NCBI GenBank assembly: GCA_964036045.1
Contig: OZ038378.1
Coordinates: forward strand, 150,536,001 to 150,600,000
DNA: 64,000 nucleotides
Direction: 5' to 3'
From: Eutreptiella sp. 'Long Island Sound 2002'
Lineage: Eukaryota > Protista > Euglenida
Position 1 is the stretch's first letter. Each line of letters opens with the position of its first letter. The notes under the pieces are model-generated. The model made no database searches, was not told the origin of the DNA, and saw only the letters and a program-made list of their open reading frames with translations. Position numbers and translations under genes: made by a program. Shown here piece by piece: positions 50,261 to 61,838 of this stretch.

Positions 50261-52549
50261 GGGACTGCCTCGGTAAAACGGACGCGCAGATGGGAAAGGG
50301 GGCCGAGAAATCTGCTGGGTGTTATAGACAGGTGAAGAGAAACGTGACGACATGGTGCAGAATGTGATCATACGTTTTCTAGGTGTGTGATTGGTGAGAG
50401 TTGTGTTCAAGAGGATACGTATGGTGTCACGGGGGCCTGGCTGTCTCACGTGGTTGTGCATAAGCTGATGCGCAAGACCATATGGCTGGTGGGTGCAGGA
50501 CACAAGTCGTGCGAGTGTGTCGGTGTGTTTAACAGGTCTTGTGCACAAATTGAGAAGCATGCCAAATGCGGTTGGTTGAGGTTGTGCTCAAGAGGCCAGG
50601 CATGGTGTCATGGGGGACTGGGTCTCTCACGTGGGTGCGCACAAGTCGACGCGCAAGACCATACGGCTGGCGGGTGACACAAGTGATGCGAGTGTGTCGG
50701 TGTGTCTACCAGGTCTTGTGCACAAATTGCCCAAAGGTCTGAAAGTGCCCATAATGGCATTTGAAAACCAATTCAAAACTCAATTCAATGAAAAACATCC
50801 AAGCCCAAAGCTCTAAATGTCGCAACTCATTTTTTGATTTAAAATATCCAAGCCCAAAACTCCAGCCAAATGTGGTAACAATTGCAGAACCCAACACAAC
50901 AACAGAGTCCAACACAAAGACTGCCCAAAGAAACACCCCACGGTGCTATCAGACGGTCTGCACTCTGCAGGTCACAAAATCAGTCACAAACCTGAGGGTC
51001 AGTGTTTTTTAAGCCGCGCAACTGGATGTTGCCCCATGTGGAAGCGATAGCATGCAAGCCACAAGAATACTCCAGGCAAATGAACGTGAACACTATGCAT
51101 AGGTCCGCAAGCCGTGCAACTGGATGATGCCCCATGTAGAAGCGATAGCATGTAAGCCACAAGAGGATGAACACGACCTACAATACAAGACATAGTGTTG
51201 TGCATTAGCAAAGCCACAATGATTGGGGCTGAATGATCCTTTTGCGATTGTTCAGCATAAAACCTCGAAAATAGAGAATAGGAAACCCTAACCAAAACCG
51301 AATGAATGAAAACCAGGATGCAACAATGGAAATTGGGGTGTCTGCGAACAGTGCACGTGTGCAACATTTGCCAGTCACGCATGCATCATGCCAGTGCCAA
51401 AAGCTCAGCATTGAAACCAATACTGAGAATCGATTTCGGAGACGTTTGGGTTCAAAGCTGAATTTGGCATCAGAAACTCCAACTACCGAGCAAACTTTAT
51501 AAATTTGCAAAACCTGCATTTTTGCAAAGGCCTCCACCGCAGAATTTTTTTTTGCAATTTCTTTCAGCTTTGCGCCTAGAACTTTGATGGGCCAGCGAGA
51601 AATTCATTATTTTTTTGCGATTGTTGTTTTATTTGCATCTGCAAACAAAACCAGTGCATCTCAGTTGAAACGCCTAGGCGTACGAATGACAGAACTGTGA
51701 GGCCACAAATTAAATCAATACATCCCAATTGATTTGTCCAGGTACACAAATTTGAAAGTCAGCAAACAGGGTGGTCCTGGATTCAAAATTCAGCACACAG
51801 GGATCTCTTGGAGTCAAAATTCAGCAAAGATCCAATATACGAATGAAAGCACTGAAGCACAGCGGTGTACTGCAGTTTCCTGTGGGATCGCAGTAAAAAA
51901 AATGTTGCATGGTGAACATGGTGGAAATGGTGCTGAACACAAGGGAATGAAAACACACAAAAGGGGGGGCAGCCAAAAGTGTGGGACCTGCAAGGAGGAA
52001 TACCCGTGACATGATGCGCAGAAGTGATCAATTTTTTGCGATTGTTTTGAATTGTGCGTCATCTTTTTGATTGTTGGGCAATAATTAACTTTTTTTCGTA
52101 ATTATTTTTTTCATTCGTTAATTTGCTTTAATTTTCTTAAAGTTTCCTCGGTATGATTGCCAAACGGGGTGGATGCATCTGCATGTGGTGCACGTGCACG
52201 TGGGGTGCAAGAAGATGGTGAGCAAAACAGGCATGCGCCTGCATGGCGTAGGGTGACAAAGCTTTGCTTGACCGTGTGTTGCAAAAGAGGTCCAGTGTAC
52301 TACTATCAAACTGGAACATGGCTGGACGTGGCTGCATGCCAGGTGGATGCGCTTGCATGCACATGGACGCGCCTGGATGCGGGTGCATGCCAGGTAGAAG
52401 AGAGTGTAGAAGAGAGTGGATAGGCCAACCACAAGACCACACAGAGCAAGACGAGCCAAAGCCGGACCACTATCAAACCAGAACACGACTGGATGTGGGT
52501 GCATGCAAGGCAGATGCGCTTGCATGCACGTGGATGCGGCTGGATGCAG

Positions 52550-52960
52550 GTGCAACATGCTCTTTGCAGTGGCTGCATCGGCCACAGAGGTGCAGTCGGC
52601 CTTGTTGGAACAGCCATTTTCGAAGAGCCAGGCCAGCCCATTCATCCGGGCGGACCAGCGTCCCTCCGCCGACAACATGGGCCAGCGCCACATGGCCGTC
52701 GGCAAGGTCACGATGCGGATTCCGGCCGCAGGTCAGCAGCTCCCATGCCGGACCCCTCGATTCGCCCGCTTCAGCCGCAGGTCACTGTACAGGTGGCCCT
52801 TGAACCCCTTTTTGTTGTGCTCGCCGGCGCATACGCTGCTTCTGTGAGGCAGGGGCTGTCCGAAGCGTAGGCTGCGGTCAGCGCGGTGCTGCCATTGTAA
52901 GGGCCAAAGGGAGCTGAGGCAGGCCCGCACATGGCCATGCCTCTGGCTTCCAAAGCATCC
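52550..52960 (-). pseudogene. High-GC3 coding frame of unknown product, interrupted by one in-frame TGA (52733-52735)
   Basis: Track ORFs 52733-52930 and 52118-52711 are in the same frame. Codons such as TTC AAG GGC CAC CTG TAC...ATC CGC ATC GTG ACC...CTG GCC TGG CTC TTC match the host exon bias. Confidence 0.5.
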
Positions 52961-53254
52961 GCTGCTCTCGTTCAGTCAGCCACATGGCGGCTGTTGCGTC
53001 CGGCGCAAATGCCAGCGTCACGTGAGTGAAAAGCACATACACATACTCAGAGGGTGCAAAAGCTACAGAGAGCGGGGAAGAATGGGGGCCAATGTGTAGC
53101 CCTCATGAAATGGCTGTTGGTGTTGTATAGAGGCAAGGTGGAGTGCAGGACTGGACGAAGTGCAAGGGCATGACGGAGGATGAGTGCTTGGGGCAAACAG
53201 TAGCACAGGCGGGACCTATCTGAGCGCCATTCCTTTAGACTATCATTTACAGTT

Positions 53255-53556
53255 GTTTTTTTTTTTTTGACTCAGACTCACAAGTTCATCGTAAGTGCTC
53301 GGCCAGACGGGCCGGATCAGTAATGAAAGTGTAGGTACAACATATGTTATCCCGTGCGATTCCTGGGTCGCAAACCACCATTAGTGGTGGGACGTATATT
53401 TGAGACTCACCTGTTGTCTGTCACTCACTCATGCAGTATCAGAGACTGCCACGCCACTGAGGCATCGAAAAGAAAAAGGAGGATGACATGTGAAACATGA
53501 CTGCTGTGGGAAAAAGTGGGGGGGGTCCAGTTCAGTGGCCTCCTGCACGTGGGCGT
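53255..53556 (-). mobile_element. 302-bp retroposed insertion with a poly(A) tail and 21-bp TSD
   Basis: TTTAGACTATCATTTACAGTT at 53234-53254 and 53557-53577; T13 run at 53256-53268. Confidence 0.8.
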
Positions 53557-54168
53557 TTTAGACTATCATTTACAGTTATGACCCCGTTCCCTACTGTGAA
53601 GCAGCGCTCCTCCAGACAGCCCTCAGACCCCCCCCCTCTACTCCCCCCAAACTGACCTCGACCCGCAAGCAGGTCAGACAAAAGATATGGCACCAGAAAC
53701 CGGTGATACAGGTTCAGCCTTTATGACTTCCCTAATTTTGCCAAACGGATTATGCACGCACATGCACTTCGCCTTGTGCACTTCACCGCAATCAACAACA
53801 ATCAACCACAACTAAGCACACTCAACCACACTCAACCACAAACAAACCACAATACTCGTGGACAGGGCTCGGGATGAGGTTTCATGACTGGTCTGCACAT
53901 TCGTTTGTGGCGCCCAGCCCACACCCACAACACCCACATGAGCTCACCACCCTCCTGGAGGTGCGTTGGGGCGTTGGTGCTTCATGATGTAGTGCAAAAG
54001 CTCCCGTCGGTCCGTGGGCAAGTTTGCGAATCCCCTATTTCCGGCTGAATGCATTGATGTGGTTTCTGTGTTTCCCTACCACAACACCACCACTAATGCA
54101 TCAACAACTCTGGCTAATCTGTTCAGGGGAAAGGGCGACAGAAAAGGCGACAATCAACCCATCAACCC

Positions 54169-54256
54169 ATCAATCTGTCAACGTACCAATCCACCTATCA
54201 ATCTGTCAACGTACCAATCCACCTATCAATCTGTCAATGTACCAATCCACCTATCA
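54169..54256. repeat. 28-bp tandem repeat x3 (ATCAATCTGTCAACGTACCAATCCACCT)
   Basis: Direct reading. Confidence 0.9.
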
Positions 54257-55979
54257 ACCGGTCAATCAACCGGTCAATAAACCTATCAACCCCCAGCCCC
54301 CCAAAAAACTCGTCTGCTGCATTTGCATGGAGGGGAGAACTACGTGGACAGCATAGGTTGTGAAGCAACGGTACACTGGGTAGAACATACAGGGCAAATG
54401 GCAACGATTCAGTGGCTGTGCACAACACCGAGATTCCGGACATGATATTCTGTGCTTGGGGACCCGTCTGTGACCTGTGAATGTGCTGATGCCAGCCGCG
54501 CGCCTTGGGACAAATAATCAGGTTTTTGAAAGCATGGAGTCCGTGTGCTTCTCACTGATATGCAGTTGGTTCCATGCGCCATGTGACTGTGCTAGCATTG
54601 AATGCATGTGTTTGGATGGATATATCAAGGACAAGCCTTGATCCCGATATTTCAAAGTTGGGTCTCACCATTTTAAGGCTCTGGCAGCAGTTCAACCTGT
54701 TTCAGCACTGGTACACGCTTTCAGTGCAAGATATTGAATGTCACATGCTGCATTCAGATCGCGCGCACAGCCGCTACAGCGTGCACTGCATGCGCACACT
54801 TTGATGTGCGAATATATGATCCAGAAGCCTCAGATTTAAACGATGCTGCCTGAGTGAACGACGTTTTTATTTTGCGCTGCTATTTTTTGCATTGCTAATG
54901 ACGACTGTCAGTCGCTGCTGCAGATGATCTGGTTCGGTGAGTTTAGTTTATGTGGTTAGGTATACATGTTTAGTCGTACGGCCCTGTATGTTGTGCTACA
55001 CAGAAGGCATTTGAATAATGCACGATCAGATCGCTCAATCAAGCTAGGTACATCCGTGGTGGCCAGCCCCAGCGATTGTTCATTCTATAGTTGCAGTCTT
55101 TGCACCATCACGCGGCCTACTGAGGGTACTCACCATGAAGCATTACTGATGGATTCTGCAGCCTGTGTACGCGTGTTTGGCCCGACCAGATTGTCCCAAA
55201 TGTAAATTTCGTTTTTTTCCCATAATTATGGTCTCTTTGGTCTGGGGAGGGGGGATTTTGGGCGAGCCCCCCTGCCTTGGTTTTTAATTAGTCCAAAGAC
55301 CAGCCCTGCCGGCAAAGTACAGTGTGCCATGGGTGAGTTTTGAATTCGCAAGGGCAACATGAAGCCTACGCGCCCGGCCCGGAGCATGCCCCTGTACAAG
55401 CTCTACTCCCTGGATATCCCTGTGCCTGAACCCTGCACCCCTGTCTGTGCAATACGCACAGGGCTTGCACATTCAGAAGCCAAGTGACCGAAGAGAGCTA
55501 AATGCGTCCCCGGCAGCTGATTGGCACACATGAGCACGCATGGGCAAAGCACTGGCAAACATTGGCCTGAGGTTTGGCAAACACCAACACACATTGGCGT
55601 TCTTTTGCAATTCTTTGGCACACGTTGGCGCACATTGGCACGTAAGAGTAGGTGGTTGCCATATGTAGGTACATGGTGGCATTCAATGGCAGGTGATCAG
55701 AACACCCCAGAATGCACCTGCACCTGATTGGCACACATTGGCATGCATGAGCAGGTAAGTGACACGTATCGCGCGGCATTCACAAGTGATTGGCAGGCAT
55801 TAGCAATCGACTGCCTTCGACTGGAGACGGCTATGCCCTCAGCAACCTGCAACCGAAGAATGCTGTTCAGTTCCCCAAACTGAGGTGTGCCCCAGAACAC
55901 AGTATGCGGCGGACGTTGATCCACCTGGTGTTTGGTCCACAGCCGTCCCCACCACCTGCAAGTGCAGACCATTGCAAGA

Positions 55980-56406
55980 TGTATTTTTTTTGGGGGGGGG
56001 GGGTCAGACTAAGATGAGCTGGCGTAGCCTGCTCACTTCACAGTACTCAAGATAAACTCATGGAATCAAGGTTCAGAGGTCAGAGCTGTCCAATGCTACG
56101 ATGATCCCACAATGGCCGTGGTAGCGGATCTGGCACGTAGTGAGGATTAGCTGAGTCTGAAACCAGGTGATGCAGTGGGAGACTGCCACGCCCGTAGGCT
56201 TCAGTAGTGTGCACGAGGCGCGTAAAGACCGTAGGCTGAAAAAGACAGCGGGATGAAGACTGAAGGCTGAAATGAATCAGCGGGTTGCATCTCATACACT
56301 ATCAGCACCAGAGAGGGAGGGGGATGGCATTCAGGTAACAGTTGGTGGCTATTCGCTTGGGACAGGGAACACGGCTGTCCCCATTCCAGTTGAGTGGCTT
56401 GCAATG
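55980..56406 (-). mobile_element. 427-bp insertion flanked by an 18-bp direct repeat (probable retroposon with TSD)
   Basis: GTGCAGACCATTGCAAGA at 55962-55979 and 56407-56424; a T run followed by a G run at the left edge. Confidence 0.6.
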
Positions 56407-57209
56407 GTGCAGACCATTGCAAGACGCATTTGAACGGTCACGTTCCGGTTCGAAGGGACTGGCTGGGGTTCTCGCAAGAAACCCCTTCCGCGGGGGCAGC
56501 CAAGGCAGGCCCCCCCCCCCCCAGTGTCATGCCTGAAACACGGGCACGGCGTCGGGGTTCAGCGCGGCGGCAACTGCAGACATACCACCGGCGAAGACTG
56601 GAAGGTCAGGACTCAGGAAGGGGTCCCGCTGAACGGGGGGGGGGGGGGGGGAAGCGGTGAGGGGTGGGCCGGTGGAGCGCTGTGCAACTAAATGCACATC
56701 GAGCGTGCAAGCGACCACTGGAACGGGGCGTCCAGATCTTCCGATCCCCCGGGCTAAAGTAGGGCTGGCGGGATTTCCATTGCCACACCGGACGTCTGCG
56801 AAGCGAAAGTGCTCAAGGCAGTTATCAACTACACACCCGCATGACCTGCCCCTACACTTGTCCAGCCTAAGTCATCTCCGACGTTTCCTGGCATTCCGAC
56901 AAACCCCAACCGCAAATGTAGTAGAACACCGGCACCGCCGGATGCCTGTCCAGCATCCTGCTTGGATGGTACCATACATGTTTGTGAAAGATGGGCCGCA
57001 AACCCTCGGAGGCTAAGTGTGTTGGAGGAGGGAGAGGGGGGGGGTGGTGACTTGTTTTGGAGTAACAGGGGATGGACATGCAAAAGTAAACCAGGGAGAC
57101 CAGAGGAGTATCTCTCGGTCAGGGCATGCGCATGTGCTTCCCGATGAAGGCACCGGACCAGCAACACGCGGTCTGTGTGTCTGGGTGCGGCGGGGGCAGG
57201 GGGCGGCAC

Positions 57210-57922
57210 TTAACTCATCATGTGAACCCCCGAGGGCAACAGAACCTCCCGCAAATGCACTATGAAAAGCTGCCCCGCATGACCCAGAGTGCTCACCACC
57301 CGGAGCTTGACCCCCGGGTACAGCAGCACCTCCTCCTCCGCCGCGTCAAACACCGAATACTTCGTGATGTCCACCGCCGAATGGACCTCGATGTTGAAGA
57401 GGGTGCCGGGGCCCTCGTACCCCAGAAAGCCGCCCCGCGTCAGGGCCTCCAGGCTCTTTGTTGCCGACGAGAACGCCCACCAGTAGACCTCCTTGTCCTT
57501 GGGGTACTGCGCCCGCAGGTCCAGCCCCTTGACCCCGCGCCACACGGTCCCCGTGAACTTGGGCAACTTGCCCCTGGCGTCATGCATCAGCTTCAGGTAC
57601 GGCAAAAAGGGCTGCAGGGCCTGCCGGCGCTGATCCCGGAGCAGCTGGTTGAGCCGCGCGTAGAGCGGGCTCTCCATCGTGTACAGGACCAGGCTCCCGG
57701 CCTCATCGCCGTCCAGCCCGTGGGGGTCCCCTGCTTCCGCCACTTCGGCGCCCCTCTCAGTCGCGACGAACGCGTAGTGGACCATCTCGTCCAGGCCCAT
57801 GGCCGCCACCGCATCCATCAGCGGGACCTTGGGGAGCTTGGCCAGCCCCGTGATGGGGCTCAGCATCTTCAGTGGTCTGCGTTCACGTCCGCAAACCGCA
57901 CGGGCTGCTGCTGCGGATCCGC
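57210..57922 (-). CDS. Terminal exon of the WD40-coiled-coil-ART gene: NAD+-dependent mono-ADP-ribosyltransferase domain (R-S-E clade)
   Basis: LYTMESPLYARLNQLLR, VWRG (R), WWAFSSAT (S) and AEEEVLL (ExE). Acceptor CTCTCCCAG|GC is phase 1; stop TAA at 57210-57212. Confidence 0.92.
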
Positions 57923-57937
57923 CTGGGAGAGTCAGGC

Positions 57938-57954
57938 CCACACACACACACACA

Positions 57955-57999
<45 letters not shown>

Positions 58000-58192
58000 G
58001 ACGCAAAGCGACCAAATCGCGGCACAGCCGAAGCAACGCAGGCACTGCTCGTCAGTAGATTGTCGTCAGGCCGCTGACATTCAAAGAAAACTCATGACCA
58101 TCGGCGACAAGGCGCCTTTCTGCAGGAAACAGGCGCACAGCCGCAGCCCCGAACTCCTGAACACACACACGCGCACACGCACACGCGCGCGT

Positions 58193-58234
<42 letters not shown>

Positions 58235-58400
58235 GATGCGGAAACACACACACACTTAGTGAAGGGAACAAGAACCAACAGATAACCAATGCAGATACAA
58301 ATGCACCGGGAGGCACTGTGGGTACAAGTCTCTGGCATCCTCATTAGAGGAGCAAAAATGTTGGCGCTCAGACACACACACACACACACACACACACACT
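57938..58400. repeat. Intronic (CA)n and (CT)n microsatellites
   Basis: (CA)n(CT)n at 57938-57995; (CA)n tracts at ~58160-58256 and ~58372-58398. Confidence 0.95.
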
Positions 58401-58737
58401 TTGTGAGAGAAACCAACGAACCGACGACCAATGTGGACGGGCACAGGCAGGCAGTCACAAGGCCCTGGCTTCAAAACACCTCATCGGGCCAACAAAACAG
58501 GATCTGTGGGGTCCACAACAACACGCATCCCGTCCGGCACATGGCAGCACCATGTGCTGCTTGCTCACCGCATGCAACTCCAAACCTCCGAACTATGAGC
58601 GTGGGGCGGACGGTTATCAGGATCCTCGGCAGCGGGTTCTTGGCCCGGCATGCCCACAACGGGTGAGATGCGATGCTGCTCTGCCAAGGCCACGAGGTGC
58701 ATACACTTGGAGTGCATGGAGCTATGACTCCGCGCAC

Positions 58738-58915
58738 CAGCGAAATTCGAAGACCTCTGAGCCTTCAACTTCTCCTGATTCCAATAATCGGCGTCCCGTC
58801 GGTATTGCGGAAGCTGTTCTGCAAAATGACGACCTTGATCCTGCGCCTCCTGCTCCGCTTCAGCAGCAGCGACTTGCAGCCGTTCCCGGAGGGCATGCTC
58901 CAGCTCCTGGCGTTC
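58738..58915 (-). CDS. WD40-CC-ART gene, coiled-coil exon (178 nt, phase 0-1)
   Basis: Acceptor CCTTGTGGCAG|GAA; encodes ERQELEHALRERLQVAAAEAEQEAQ...; donor G|GTGCGC. Confidence 0.75.
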
Positions 58916-59536
58916 CTGCCACAAGGACACCAACGGTCGAGGGAAAGGATTGGCAGGGACGTGTGGGTGTAGCACGGCTCGAAGTGACAGTGCCAGGGAA
59001 GCCGACGTGCAGTCCGAATCGTCCGCTGACACATCGTCAGGGGACGAACTGAGGGATGATCTGTTGCACTTGTGAGTCTCGGTGGGTGGGACGGCGCAGG
59101 CTGTGCTGCTCCATCGCGGTGGTCGGCGGGAGGCGTACGCCCCCACCCCCCGCGGACACAGCGGCCCCGTGCTGCGCCGGACTGCACTGCCGGGCTCCAC
59201 ACGGATGCCGGTCCAGAGAAATGGGGACACATGAGGCCCGGCAGCGCTGCCGGCAGCAGCCGGACTGTTCATATCCGGATATCCGCGCAGGAATGCACGC
59301 ATCGCACCCCCCGAGGGAGAGGCAAACGGACAACAGAGGCAGCCCGGAGGGAGGGAGAGAGAGCGCAAGGTCAATGGAACCGGGAAACTGTCGTGATTCC
59401 GCGCAGAACGAACGGCAGCAAAAACAGGCGATCAGAGGCTCTTTGGCTTTTGGGGGGGGGGGGGGGACTCCAGAACACCGCAACGAATGCATGCATCTGC
59501 CCACCCACGCACACGCGCCACGCATCCCGTGAGCAC

Positions 59537-60010
59537 CTGCAATGCCTCCTGAGCTTTCGCGGCGGCGGCCTGGCACCCCTGCCGCAGTCGCCCATAGACC
59601 TCCTCCTCCCGTTGCTGGTCCTTGTCCGTGTCCTCCAACTCCGCCATCCTCCCGCGGCACGCCGCGGCCTCTGCGTTGGCCTCCCTCAGCATTGCCTCCA
59701 GATCGGCCACGCGGGCCTCGACGCACTCCAGACGAGCTCGCGTCTCCGTGGAGTCCAGGGCGGTGGCCGCCCGCTGCTGCTGGCATTCCAATCGCGATCG
59801 TGCCGCGCGCGCGCTCTGCTGCTGCGCGGTGGCGACCAGCCCTTGCATGGCCTCGACGCCCTCGGCTCCGGCCCGCAGCATTGCCTCGACGCCCGGTGCT
59901 GCGTCGCGTGCCGCATCAATGCACTGCACGCGCAAATCAGCCGCCGCCACCACGAAGTCCAGGAGCGACATATCCTCGTCGGCGCGCGCCTTGGCAATGC
60001 GTGACACAGC
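59537..60010 (-). CDS. WD40-CC-ART gene, coiled-coil exon (474 nt, phase 0-0)
   Basis: Acceptor CATCAG|GCT; encodes AVSRIAKARADEDMSLLDFVVAAADL...AKAQEALQ; donor CAG|GTGCTC; high GC3. Confidence 0.8.
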
Positions 60011-60489
60011 CTGATGATGCATGAGCGGGGGGCGCACAGGTTTGGGTGGCGCGACACGGAACTGCCGCCACCAGCACAGCACGCCCCCCCGTGTGACAGT
60101 CCGTCGGGTGGCTGTTTCTTTACGGGGCCCCGGACAGTCGCCCGTTCTTCGCTTCGCATGTTGCGTCGGGTCGCTGCGTTCTGTCGGCCGCTGCGGCCGG
60201 TGCTCCTGCTGGTGCTCCCCCCGATGCTGTCTGGTGCCATGGAGGTGGCCCAGGGCGACAGGCATGAGAGGCGGCGTGAGAGGCATGGGGGGGGGGGGGG
60301 GGGATGGGAGGAAGAGGCCATGTTGGGGTACGGGCTGCGGAATGGGATGGGGTTTCTCGGGACTGGAACTCACACACAACCGATCGCAGCCGACAAGTAA
60401 ATTGATAAAAGAGGCGGCAATGTGGGGGTTCCAGTGACGCACGCAGACGGGGTGCGGGGGTGCTGAGCACGGGTGCGAGGGTGGCGCAC

Positions 60490-60701
60490 CTCCGTGAGGC
60501 GACTGTGCAGCTGGTCGCGTGCGCGCGAGGCTGCGGTGTCGAACGTGTTGTACTCCGACCGCAGCGCACGCGTTCTCGCCTGAAACTCATCGAATTCCGC
60601 GGAGACGGCCGGGGCATCCACCGCGGCCAGCGTGGCTTCCTCCATCGGATCCATCAGCAGCGGATCGGTGCGAATGCCAGCCCACAATCTCCGAATCGAC
60701 T
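60490..60701 (-). CDS. WD40-CC-ART gene exon (212 nt, phase 1-0)
   Basis: Acceptor TTCTGTCCAG|AG; encodes ..DPMEEATLAAVDAPAVSAEFDEFQARTRALRSEY..SRLTE; donor GAG|GTGCGC. Confidence 0.72.
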
Positions 60702-61439
60702 CTGGACAGAATGCGCAGCCTCGACAAAGGCGACCCCCCCCCCCCCCGAGCGTCATCGCTTTGTTGAGGATCGCTACGAAGGCTACGTGGGTGTGCTGGT
60801 TGGTATTTCCGGACAAACGGGCATGCGCGCGGATGGTGGGCGGGTTGTCCGCCCCACGGGTTGGTACAAAGGGGGCGGGTCGAACCATCACATGTTGGGG
60901 GGGGGGGGGGGGGGGGGTCGTCCCATCCGTGCAAAACGGGCGAGAAGCAGGCGTCTGGCACTGGCGCTGCCACGGCACGAACGGCGTGCCCGCTTCCCAG
61001 GAAACGCCCCTGAACGGAAAATCGCTGCCCCCGATCCCTGGCTGCCGCCCACTCGTTGCTGCGTTGCCCTGGCCGCCTCGTCATTGTGGGTGGCCCCCCA
61101 AAGGCACCAGCCATGCATCGCTGGAGCCCAGGCGGCGGTGCCCGGCCGAAACAGCAACCGGACCAGACCCGCTGGACACGGCAACGCAGCGGTGGATGGG
61201 GTATTCAGGCACCGCCCCGACGACACGTGCCAGGCACGGCATCGCAAAGCCCCCGCCCATCGCGGCGTGGGCCCAACGGCACAGCGGCGGCGTTTGCCCG
61301 GGCGAGGCCCCGTCGTGTCGCATTGGCGCGGTCGTAAAACAAAAAAGGGCAAACGGCCTTCAGTTTTGGGGACGCCGGGCACACGGGATGGCGGTGGAGT
61401 GTGCGGTCGCGTGCACTCGAGCACGACGAGAACACGCAC

Positions 61440-61487
61440 CTGCCGTGGCCTTCTCCGCCGCCCCTTCCTCAGCGGCCTTCGTCTCGC
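61440..61487 (-). CDS. WD40-CC-ART gene, 48-nt microexon (phase 1-1)
   Basis: Acceptor GTGCAG|GC; encodes ETKAAEEGAAEKATA; donor CAG|GTGCGT; frame-preserving. Confidence 0.6.
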
Positions 61488-61712
61488 CTGCACGACACGG
61501 GGGCGGCGGGTGTGGGTGCGCTTCCTCGTGTGCAATGTGCAGCTGCACGTCGTGCTCTGCCGTGCGGCGTAGTGATGTTGATCAGCCGCCGGGCCTGTGC
61601 CTGCCTGCGGTGCGGCATTCCGCAGGACGGCCCTGCGCAGGCACGAGTGGCGACATACACTCCTCGAGACCGGGCAGGCCACGTACGCGCGCCAGCGTAT
61701 ATGCAGACATAC

Positions 61713-61838
61713 CCGATGCGGAGTCCCAGATCCGGACCGTGTTGTCAAACGATGCGGACACGATGTAGTCCCCGTTGGGCGCGATGGCGACCGCCAGGAC
61801 GTGGTCTGAATGGCCTTGCAGAGTGCGGCGCAGTTGAC
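61713..61838 (-). CDS. WD40-CC-ART gene exon encoding one WD40 repeat (126 nt, phase 1-1); upstream exons not in the window
   Basis: Acceptor CTTCCACAG|GT; encodes QLRRTLQGHSDHVLAVAIAPNGDYIVSASFDNTVRIWDSAS (GH...WD); donor G|GTATGT. Confidence 0.88.

Noticed and set aside
52600-52660. Ankyrin repeat in WLFENGC
   Set aside because: Only a short match to the WLxENGC pattern; the preceding AAxxGHL helix motif and repeat periodicity are absent.
58025-58565. Extra exon(s) between the coiled-coil exon and the ART exon (acceptor-like TTCCTGCAG near 58120; donor CG|GTGAGC at ~58568)
   Set aside because: Every frame after that acceptor soon hits a stop and the phase-2 donor does not fit the phase-1 ART acceptor. 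The 58738 donor joins in frame without it.
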